Both the position numbers and the translations under genes were made by a program. Shown here piece by piece: positions 38,496 to 47,568 of a stretch of DNA of 64,000 bases. How positions within the stretch are numbered: position 1 is the stretch's first letter; each line of letters starts with the position of its first letter. The stretch is from an uncultured Sneathiella sp. (lineage in GTDB: Bacteria > Pseudomonadota > Alphaproteobacteria > Sneathiellales > Sneathiellaceae): NCBI RefSeq assembly GCF_963976355.1, contig NZ_CAXBKA010000002.1, positions 598,711 to 662,710 of the forward strand, in the 5' to 3' direction. The notes beneath the pieces are model-generated. The model was given only the letters and a program-made list of their open reading frames with translations. It ran no database searches and was not told the origin of the DNA.

Positions 38496-38582
38496 GGACT
38501 AATCCTCTTTCATTCCTGTCAGCGTTGATCGAGAGAGGCAATTAATCCTCTTTCAATATGCAGAAGACGCCGGGGCGTGAGA

Positions 38583-38861
38583 TTATGTGACGCAACGGTG
38601 AGATTTTCTTGCGGCCGTTGCGAAAACTCTCAACCGTCTTGAGACTGAGCGGAATGATCCCGTATGCGACTCCCTGCCGGGGCAGGGGTGAAACTGGCGG
38701 AATTCTGCGAATAAGGCCGTACAGTCTTCATCGCGTTGGATATCCGGATTTACAGAAAAAAGAGTGTCATCTTTTTTGAGTTTAAAGGTGCTGAAGGGGT
38801 CGAAAACCGGGAAATCTCGGACTAGACCTGTATCGGCAAGCAGGGCGTGAGAGAGGCGCAA
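38583..38861 (-). CDS. Hypothetical 92-aa protein embedded in the reb array (no Reb motif)
   Basis: TTG start preceded by a strong SD AAGGAGGAG (38873-38881). It lies on the same strand between R6 and R5. A line I counted here (38701-38760) is 42% GC. I recognise no family. Confidence 0.4.
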   Translation of the reverse strand: MRLSHALLADTGLVRDFPVFDPFSTFKLKKDDTLFSVNPDIQRDEDCTALFAEFRQFHPCPGRESHTGSFRSVSRRLRVFATAARKSHRCVT

Positions 38862-38892
38862 GGCGAAGCGAACTCCTCCTTGCGGATCGTCG

Positions 38893-39345
38893 TTATCCGC
38901 CCATCTGCTGGACGATCTTGTTCATGGCGGCTGCGGTGGCCGCAACGGCATCGGCGGTGATGCCCGCAATTTCCTGACTTGTCTGCGCGGCGAGCGCGGT
39001 GCCGCCAGCGCTTGTGACCGCGTTCAGGCTGGTGGTGGCCGCCTGGGTCTGTGCGTTCAGGGCCTGGGTAATGGCGGCCGTCTGAGCATTGTAGGATTCG
39101 CCGATCGTTGCCTTCTGCGCGCTGATCGAGACGGCCTCGGCGTTCTTGAGGGCGGTGAGGGCGGCGGCACCGGCGTTGGTGACGCTGTTCATCATGTTCG
39201 AATTTGCCGTCGCATTTTCGAGCGCGAGGCCCGAGGAATGGGCGGCGAACTGATAGAGGAGGCCCATTGCGAAGGTCGCCGAGTCCTCGATTTTAGCAGG
39301 AGCGGGGGAGGATGCGCCATCGCCCCCGGATGAAGTTGTTGCCAT
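38893..39345 (-). CDS. Divergent RebB-like protein, paralog R6 (lacks the N-terminal NSQITD block; Ala/Thr/Gln-rich C-terminus)
   Basis: 150 aa. It retains only the central Reb block FAMGLLYQFAAHSSGLALENATANSN, followed by low-complexity NAQTAAITQALNAQTQAATTSLNAV... The SD is weak. Confidence 0.6.
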   Translation of the reverse strand: MATTSSGGDGASSPAPAKIEDSATFAMGLLYQFAAHSSGLALENATANSNMMNSVTNAGAAALTALKNAEAVSISAQKATIGESYNAQTAAITQALNAQTQAATTSLNAVTSAGGTALAAQTSQEIAGITADAVAATAAAMNKIVQQMGG

Positions 39346-39404
39346 GAGATTGATCCATAAAAAAATATGCCAGAAGAATGATTACTTAAAGTTGTCAAAG
39401 TCAG

Positions 39405-39878
39405 TTATGGGGTTGTGGAAGACGACGGTGTCTCGGACTTGCTGTCGTCCGAAGATTTTGTCTCCGTACTTGTGTCCGATGCCGGTTTGTCGGTGCTATC
39501 CGACGTCGTCTTGCTGTCGGTAGTGGACGCTGTGCTTGAGCCGTCCGAGCTGTCGGTTGCGGCCGGAGCAGCAGACGGATTGGTAGCAAGGGTCATCAGT
39601 TTCTGGAGATAGTCGAGACGCTCTGTCGGGGTCAGCTTTTCAATCTGGTCGGCAAATCCGTTCCGGAGCAGCCCGCTCGTTCCCGCGGCGACGGCGGCAG
39701 CTCCGAGAATATTGAGATGCTGCTGATTGGTGACCGCATTCTGGGACGCCATGCCGGCCGCCTGGGCAAGATTAAGATACATGGTTGCCATGGATTTTGC
39801 AGTAGAACTTCCTAAAAGTATCTCGCTTGTAGCAAGTACGGAGTTTTGTATTTGATCATCTGATTGTGAATTTGCCAT
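39405..39878 (-). CDS. RebB-like protein, paralog R7, with an acidic Ser/Thr-rich C-terminal tail
   Basis: 157 aa from ATG 39878 (the listed ORF extends to 39923 inside AT-rich DNA). The core is QIQNSVLATSEILLGSSTAKSMATMYLNLAQAAGMASQNAVTNQQ. The tail is ATDSSDGSSTASTTDSKTTSDSTDKPASDTSTETKSSDDSKSETPSSSTTP. Confidence 0.7.
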   Translation of the reverse strand: MANSQSDDQIQNSVLATSEILLGSSTAKSMATMYLNLAQAAGMASQNAVTNQQHLNILGAAAVAAGTSGLLRNGFADQIEKLTPTERLDYLQKLMTLATNPSAAPAATDSSDGSSTASTTDSKTTSDSTDKPASDTSTETKSSDDSKSETPSSSTTP

Positions 39879-40174
39879 TATTATAATTCCATTTTTTAAA
39901 TATTTTAAATAACAATAAAACAATAAATATATATTTATAAAAATATTGCAATATCGAATTTATATTTACTAATTATATTTGTTTTATTAATGGAATTCTG
40001 AGTCAGTATTATCATAAACATACGCCCGTATTAAAAATATAAAAAATGAAAAAGACACTTTAAAAGTGCATAAAGCTGCCCAAATAGAAATCATCGACGG
40101 GCAGCACAACCAAACGGCACGGCCCTTTTAGCCAGTTTTGTATTCCTGAAATTAAAATTTACTAGGGGGATAAC
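39879..40174. promoter_or_regulatory. AT-rich divergent control region between the reb array and the ECF sigma gene
   Basis: Lines 39901-39960 and 39961-40020 count to 10% and 18% GC. An inverted repeat GCTGCCC-N17-GGGCAGC lies at 40075-40105. No ORFs are present. Confidence 0.6.
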
Positions 40175-40888
40175 GTGAATCCGCTCAGGCAAGAAACACA
40201 ACCTAAACCCGATTTTCAAACCTATAAATTCGGCCCGGAGCGCCGTCTTTCTTTTCCGGAAATTTCACCGGTATATCCTTTAAATTTTAAAATCATGGAC
40301 ACAGACCTTGAGTCTGAAGATGTCCCCGTGAAATCTGTATCATCGGAGGAAGAGGCGCCAAGCGCCGATGAATTCTGGAAAGCATGGCACTCCCATAAGG
40401 AGTATTTAATTCGTCTCAGCATGATCTGGATGAATATCAGTGCGGCGGATGCCGAAGATGCCTTCAGCGATGCCACCATCCGCGCCTATGAGAAATATGC
40501 AGATCATGCCGCCCAGATCAGTAACGAGCGGGCCTGGTTCGCGCGATTGCTGCATAACATCTGCATCGACAAGCACCGGGCCAACAAGCGGCTGAAAAAT
40601 CTCTATGAGAAGGTCAAGGAAATCAGCACCATCGATCTCTCCGCCTATGAGACGCGACAGCTGACACCGGAGGGCAACCTGCTGAATTCCGAACTCGGAC
40701 TGCGTCTGCGCGAGGCGATAGAGGGACTGCCCGACCGGTTGCGCGGTCCGGTCGTCCTCCGGCTGGTGCAGGGGGAAGAGTATGAGACAATCGCGCACAA
40801 ACTCGGAATCTCCAATGACAATGTCCGCAAAAGGGTGCAGCAGGGTCGGGCACTGCTCCGCGAGAATCTGGAGATATTTCGCGGTTAA
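40175..40888 (+). CDS. ECF-type RNA polymerase sigma-70 family factor
   Basis: Region 2 (DAEDAFSDATIRAYEKY...WFARLLHNICIDKHR) and region 4 HTH (LPDRLRGPVVLRLVQGEEYETIAHKLGISNDNVRKRVQQGR). The GTG start has SD AGGGGGA; an alternative start is ATG 40295. Confidence 0.85.
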   Translation: MNPLRQETQPKPDFQTYKFGPERRLSFPEISPVYPLNFKIMDTDLESEDVPVKSVSSEEEAPSADEFWKAWHSHKEYLIRLSMIWMNISAADAEDAFSDATIRAYEKYADHAAQISNERAWFARLLHNICIDKHRANKRLKNLYEKVKEISTIDLSAYETRQLTPEGNLLNSELGLRLREAIEGLPDRLRGPVVLRLVQGEEYETIAHKLGISNDNVRKRVQQGRALLRENLEIFRG

Positions 40889-41007
40889 ATCCTCCTGATT
40901 GCACTATATTTTGATTTCCCTATCGACATCCCCCCGCGAAATCGGGTAACGATATTCGTTAGTACTTCCGGTGAAAGCCGGATCAAGTAGCTGGGGAGCT
41001 ATTACAT

Positions 41008-44000
41008 ATGAAAGACGGCATTGCTGCGCGTGATCCACGCGCGGACACTTCGCCCGTTGTATCCGACGAAGTGAAATTCACAACCTGCTATATGTGCGCC
41101 TGCCGATGCGGGATAAAGGTTCATCTGAAAGATAACAAGGTCCGTTATATCGAGGGGAACCCCGATCATCCGGTGAACCGGGGCGTCCTCTGCGCCAAGG
41201 GATCCGCCGGGATCATGCAGCAGAATTCTCCGGCAAAACTCAAGAAACCTCTCCTGCGCGTTGGTGAGCGGGGCGAGGGAAAATTCAGGGAAATAGAATG
41301 GGATGAGGCACTTGAGCTGGCGACCGGCTGGCTTCAGGAGGTGCGGGGCGACGATCCCGCCAAACTTGCCTTTTTCACCGGCCGCGATCAGTCCCAGAGC
41401 TTCACCGGCTGGTGGGCCAAGCAGTTCGGCACCCGCAATTTCGCTGCCCATGGCGGTTTCTGCTCGGTCAATATGGCGGCGGCGGGCCTTTACAGCATTG
41501 GCGGGTCGTTCTGGGAATTCGGCGAGCCGGACTGGGACCTGACGAAATATTTCCTCATGTTCGGTGTGGCGGAAGATCATGATTCCAACCCCATCAAGAT
41601 GGGTCTTGGCAAGCTGAAAACCCGGGGCGATGCCAAATTCGTCTCCGTCAATCCCGTGCGCAGCGGCTATTCCTCCATTGCCGATGAATGGCTCGGCATT
41701 ACGCCGGGCACGGACGGCCTGTTCGTGATGGCGATCATTCACGAGCTGCTGCGTGCCGAGAAGATCGACTGGGAGTATTTGAAGCGCTATACCAACGCCT
41801 CCTGGCTGGTGGTTCAGGCGGAAGGTGAGGCGGAGCACGGGCTGTTTGCCCGCAACGCGACGGGGATCTCTCTTGTCGCGACGCCGGATGGAAAACTGCT
41901 GCCGCTCAGCGATCGCAAGGCGGACCCTGTGCTTGTCGGCAGCTATACCCTGCCGTCGGGACAGAGAGCGGTTCCGGCCTTTCAACTGATGGCCGAACGA
42001 TATCTTTCCGAGGAATATAATCCGGATACAGTGGCCGCGCGGGTCGGGATCGAGGCGAAGACGATCCGCCGGATCGCCGCCGAGATCGCCGAGGCCGCGT
42101 TCGAGAAGGAAATCACCCTCGATATTCCCTGGACGGACTGGGCCGGCCGGCCGCAGCAGAAAATGATCGGCCGTCCGGTCTCCATGCATGCCATGCGCGG
42201 CATTTCCGCTCATTCCAACGGCTTTCACACCTGCCGCGCCATTCATCTTCTGCAGATGCTGATCGGCAGCATCGATGTGCCGGGCGGGTTCCGGCACAAG
42301 CCGCCCTATCCGAAACCCTGTCCGCCCGGACCGCTCCCTGCGGGGCAGGAGACGCGGGCGAATACGCCCTTGGATGGCATGCCGCTCGGTTTTCCGAAGG
42401 GACCGGAGGATCTGCTGGTTGATGAGGCCGGAAACCCGAAACGCATCGACAAGGCCTATAGCTGGGAATATCCGCTGTCGGCCCACGGGCTCATGCACAG
42501 CGTCATCCATAACGCCTGGGCGGGGGAGCCGCAGGAAATCGACGTTCTGTTCATGTATATGGCGAATATGGGCTGGAACAGCTCGATGAATGTGCCGGAC
42601 ACCATCCGCTATCTGACGGACAGGAAGCCGGACGGCAGCTATAAAATTCCGAAATTCATCTATTCCGACGCCTATCATTCCGAGACCGTGGCCTTTGCCG
42701 ATCTGGTGCTGCCGGACACCACCTATCTGGAACGCTGGGATTGCATTTCGTTGCTGGACCGGCCGATTTCCTCCGCCCATGGCGCGGCGGATGCCATTCG
42801 TCAGCCCATTCTGGCGCCGGGCCGCGATGTCCGCCCGTTCCAGGATGTGATGCTCGACCTCGGAGTGCGGCTGTCACTACCGGGCTTCGTCACGGAGGAT
42901 GGATCGGCGCTCTATCCGGGCGGCTATTCCGACTATATCGTCCATCATGAACGCACGCCGGACATCGGCCCGCTGGGCGGCTGGCGCGGTGAGGACGGAT
43001 CGGGGCAGGGGCGCGGCGCGGCGAATGAGGCGCAGCTCGATGCCTATATCGCGAATGGCTGTTTCTGGGAGAAGAAATTCACGCCCGAGCAGTCCTATTA
43101 CAAGTTCGCCAACAAATCCTATCTGGAGGAGGCCGTCCATATGGGCTGGCTCGCCATGCCGGGACCGGTGGTGATGGAAATTTACTCCGAAACGATGCAG
43201 AAATTCCGTCTCGCCGCCGAAGGGCATGGCCGCCGGCAACCGCCCGATCACTTGCGCGGGCGCGTCGCTGATTTCTTCGATCCGCTGCCGCTCTGGTATG
43301 CGCCCTTTGCCGATGCGGATATCGACAAGGGGCCGGGTTATCCGCTGCATGCGGTGACGCAACGGCCGATGCATATGTACCATAGCTGGGGCAGTCAGAA
43401 CGCCTGGCTCCGCCAGATTACGGCCCGCAACCCGATCTTCCTGCATGCGGATATGGCGCGGGAAAAGGACATCGCCGATGGTGACTGGGTGTGGATCAAC
43501 TCGCCCCATGGCCGGGTGAAGGCGCAGGCGAAGCTGATGCGCGGGGTCAACCGCAACACCATCTGGACCTGGAACGCCATTGGAAAGCGCAAGGGGGCCT
43601 GGAACCTGAAAGAAGACGCGCCGGAAGCAACAAAAGGCTTCCTCCTCAACCATATCATTTCCGAACTGCTGCCCCCGCGTGAGGATGGCTATCGCTATTC
43701 CAACTCCGATCCGGTGACGGGGCAGGCCGCCTGGTACGACCTTCGCGTCAATATCGAGAAATGCGCCGTGGCCGAATTCGGCGAAACGGAGCCGATGTAC
43801 GATGCGCAAGGCCCCGTCGACCTTGACGCTCCGCCGGACATGCTGCGCTATGGAGCGGACTTGAAGGGCAAGGAAAGTTCTCTTGAGCCGGTCGCCATGA
43901 AAGACTGGATCGGCAACCGTGCGGAAAATGCGGCGCAGACCACCGGCATCAAGCCCGGCCATGGCAACCAGACCACCGAACGACACAAGAAGGAAAAAGA

Positions 44001-44004
<4 letters not shown>
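41008..44004 (+). CDS. Molybdopterin (bis-MGD) oxidoreductase catalytic subunit, DMSO-reductase family, substrate unknown
   Basis: 998 aa. N-terminal FS0 motif C-x2-C-x3-C-x27-C (CYMCACRCG...LCAKG). No twin-arginine leader is visible. Confidence 0.85.
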
Positions 44005-44747
<743 letters not shown>

Positions 44748-44758
44748 GTTAAAGAGCA

Positions 44759-45709
44759 ATGCATCCAGCGAAATCCGTTATATTTTTCACCACCGCCTCG
44801 GGCGCCGGATACGGCCTGCTCGCCCTTCTTATCGCCGCGACCATTGGCGGCCTGTTCCCGGCGGATTTCTGGCTGGCCTTCGCCGGTTATGCCCTCAGCT
44901 ATGTCCTGATCACGGCCGGGCTGCTGTCTTCGACCTTTCACCTTGGTCATCCGGAGCGGGCTTGGCGCGCGCTCACCCAGTGGCGCTCGTCCTGGCTCAG
45001 CCGCGAAGGGGTGATGGCCATTTTCACCTTCCTGCCGACCGGGCTTTACGGGCTGCATCACTTGTTCTTTCCGGATCTCCTGCCGGGGGTGATGGCGCTT
45101 GTCGGGGGGATCGGCATTCTTGCCTGTATCGCCACCGTCTATTGCACGGCCATGATCTATGCCAGCCTGAAACCGGTTCACGCCTGGGCTAACGGCTATG
45201 TGCCGATGGGCTATCTTCTGCTCGCCCTGATGACCGGCTCGGTCCTGCTGAACGGTTTGCTCGCCGCCTTTGGTTATGCGGCGACCCTCATCGTGCTGCT
45301 GGCGGTCGTGGCGCTTGTGGCGGCCCTGATCTGGAAGATCGCCTACTGGCGTTTTCTCGACACCACCAAAAGTATTTCCACGCCGGAAAGCGCGACGGGC
45401 CTTGGCGAGTTCGGCAGCGTCAAGCTGTTCGAGGCGCCGCATACGGAGGCCAATTATCTGATGAAGGAAATGGGATTCCGGATCGCGCGCAAGCATGCGT
45501 CGGTGCTTCGGAAGATCGCGCTTGGCGCGGGCTTCATCCTGCCGATCGTGCTGATTATCATCGGGCTTTATGTCGGCGGCATCGGTCTGATTGCCGCCTC
45601 GCTTCTTGCGGTGATCGCAATGGCAATCGGGATCGTGACCGAGCGCTGGCTCTTCTTTGCGGAGGCCCGCCATACGGTCGGCCTCTATTACGGCGCTTCC
45701 CACGCATAA
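44759..45709 (+). CDS. DmsC/YnfH-type molybdoenzyme membrane anchor subunit
   Basis: 316 aa, about 8 hydrophobic segments, third gene of the operon. The N-terminus SVIFFTTASGAGYGLL is typical of the family. Confidence 0.75.
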   Translation: MHPAKSVIFFTTASGAGYGLLALLIAATIGGLFPADFWLAFAGYALSYVLITAGLLSSTFHLGHPERAWRALTQWRSSWLSREGVMAIFTFLPTGLYGLHHLFFPDLLPGVMALVGGIGILACIATVYCTAMIYASLKPVHAWANGYVPMGYLLLALMTGSVLLNGLLAAFGYAATLIVLLAVVALVAALIWKIAYWRFLDTTKSISTPESATGLGEFGSVKLFEAPHTEANYLMKEMGFRIARKHASVLRKIALGAGFILPIVLIIIGLYVGGIGLIAASLLAVIAMAIGIVTERWLFFAEARHTVGLYYGASHA

Positions 45710-45713
45710 AAAA

Positions 45714-45739
45714 GGGAGGCGGACTTGCGTCGGCCTCCC
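45714..45739. terminator. Bidirectional intrinsic-terminator-like hairpin between convergent genes
   Basis: GGGAGGC-ggacttgcgtcg-GCCTCCC, preceded by AAAA and followed by a T-rich stretch. It sits between the dmsC-like stop and the helicase stop. Confidence 0.5.
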
Positions 45740-45773
45740 TCTGGTTCTTAATACCCGTTACTGAAAGGGGTAA

Positions 45774-47153
45774 TCAGCCAGCCCGCTTAAATTTCTGCTT
45801 GCGAGCATCTGGACGTTTATTCTGCGCATTTGCAGCCGGGTTCGCGGACTTGCGAGACTTAAATCCCGGCTTACCTTTATTCTTACTGACGGTATTCTTC
45901 GGACGTTTGCGAAATGGTTTAACATCAGCCGCTGGTCTTTTGTCATCCTGAGTGCGAGCCGGACGTCCCTTTCGTCCCGGACGATGCTTCTTCTGTTCTG
46001 GCTTGGACGCAGGAGCGGGGAAGGGGTGATCTTCATCTATACGGACCTTTTGCTTGATGATCTGTTCTATGTTCCGAAGCAAATTACGTTCGCGCGGTTC
46101 ACAAATCGAGATGGCGATGCCGGTGGCCCCGGCGCGCCCGGTACGGCCGACGCGATGGATGTAGTTTTCTGCTTCCATCGGCAGGTCGTAGTTGATGACA
46201 TGGGTAATGCCGTTCACATCGATGCCGCGGGCGGCGACGTCGGTGGCGACCAGCACGGAAAAGCGGCCATTCTTGAAAGAACGGAGCGTCCGTTCCCGGG
46301 CCCGCTGGTTGAGGTCGCCATGAATGGCGGAGGCCTTGATGCCCTCGACCGCCGTTTCGATCTCGCTGGCAAGCGTATCGGCGGTGGCTTTCGTGCGCAC
46401 GAAAACGATGACGCGCTCTTTCTCCTGATCCGCCAGCAGATGCATGAGCAGGTCTTTCTTGTCATGCCCGCGCACCATCAGGACGGAATGATCGACGCCT
46501 TCGGCAACGGCCGTCTTGCGCGCGATCTCGACAAATTCCGGGTTTGTCAGCAGTTTCTCTGACAACTTACGGATCGCCGGACTCATGGTCGCGGAGAACA
46601 TGACGGTCTGATGCTCTTCCGGGAGCTTGTCGGTAATAAAGGTGACATCCTCGATAAAGCCCATGTCGAGCATGCGGTCGGCCTCATCGAGAATGATGGT
46701 TTCCACATTGTCGAGCTGGACCGTGCCCCGCTTCATATGATCGAGCAGGCGGCCGGGCGTTGCCACAAGAATATCGACCCCGCGCGAGAGCTGCTGCAGC
46801 TGCGGGCCATAGGGCGCGCCGCCATAGACAACCGTGTGGAACAGCTTCATGCCGCGCGTGAATACACGGATACAAAGGCCGATCTGCATCGCCAGCTCGC
46901 GCGTTGGCGCGAGGATGACGGCGGTCGGCTTGTTCGGTTTCGGCTTGCGCCGTTCATGCTGAAGCCGCTGCAGCAGCGGCAGCACGAAGGCCGCGGTCTT
47001 GCCGCCGCCGGTTTCGGCTACGCCCATCAGATCGGCACCGTCCATCAGCGCCGGGATCGCCCGGGACTGGATTTGCGTCGGCTCGGAAAAGCCCTGTTTT
47101 TCGATCGCACGCAGGAGCGGCCCAACCAGGTTGAGCTCTGTAAATTCGGTCAT
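45774..47153 (-). CDS. rhlE: DEAD-box ATP-dependent RNA helicase (RhlE-like)
   Basis: Motifs AETGGGKTAAF, PTRELA, DEAD (ILDEADRMLD), SAT and HRVGRTGRAG, plus a basic C-terminal tail. The start is moved to ATG 47153. Confidence 0.9.
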   Translation of the reverse strand: MTEFTELNLVGPLLRAIEKQGFSEPTQIQSRAIPALMDGADLMGVAETGGGKTAAFVLPLLQRLQHERRKPKPNKPTAVILAPTRELAMQIGLCIRVFTRGMKLFHTVVYGGAPYGPQLQQLSRGVDILVATPGRLLDHMKRGTVQLDNVETIILDEADRMLDMGFIEDVTFITDKLPEEHQTVMFSATMSPAIRKLSEKLLTNPEFVEIARKTAVAEGVDHSVLMVRGHDKKDLLMHLLADQEKERVIVFVRTKATADTLASEIETAVEGIKASAIHGDLNQRARERTLRSFKNGRFSVLVATDVAARGIDVNGITHVINYDLPMEAENYIHRVGRTGRAGATGIAISICEPRERNLLRNIEQIIKQKVRIDEDHPFPAPASKPEQKKHRPGRKGRPARTQDDKRPAADVKPFRKRPKNTVSKNKGKPGFKSRKSANPAANAQNKRPDARKQKFKRAG

Positions 47154-47568
47154 TCTTCTAATAGTCCTCACAAAACAAATACAATGTCGCCGCCTGGTGC
47201 GGGGCAACAGTTAAGGCCAAATAAGGTGAGAACCGCGTCTCCTTGACCTTAACGCCGGGGCACTTGCGAGGGACCGGCTGTCAGCAGCGCCGAAGCGCTG
47301 TGGAAATACTGTTCATATACCCGATGTTGGTTTCAGCAGCGTCATGCCGCTGGCACCGAATGCAAATACCATACAGGTATTGTGCAGCGCACATATGCGC
47401 GCCAATGGCGTCAATGTCAAGGGAATATGCGAATATTGGTTAACAAGCCGTGCCCGGAAAAGTCTTTGCTTTTCCTCCTTTTCAAGCCGCCCCCGGTTTC
47501 CTAGTATAGGGGCCGGTTAACCAGTTTTTTTACGCCGCAGATGAGTTTTCAGCGGCAAAGAGGGTAAT

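Noticed and set aside
36384-39612. Plus-strand ORFs opposite the reb genes (36384..36671, 36694..37059, 37148..37483, 37490..37738, 38334..38528, 39415..39612).
   Set aside because: Each is the mirror of a minus-strand ORF that carries the conserved Reb motif and its own SD. The plus-strand translations show no conservation among themselves.
39879-39923. N-terminal extension MFYCYLKYLKNGIII of listed ORF 39405..39923.
   Set aside because: The extension lies entirely in AT-rich spacer of very low GC and has an implausible composition. The Reb-like sequence begins at ATG 39878 (MANSQSDDQIQ), so the shorter start was used.
40889-41007. Possible Moco riboswitch in the 119-nt leader of the molybdoenzyme operon (contains CCGGTGAAAGCCGG hairpin).
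   Set aside because: I cannot reproduce the Moco-motif consensus from memory well enough to match it, and the leader is short. It would need a cmsearch with the Rfam Moco model.
47243-47443. 66-aa plus-strand ORF in the helicase/MscS intergenic region.
   Set aside because: It is Cys/Arg-rich with an implausible sequence, has no RBS, and is oriented into the helicase promoter region.
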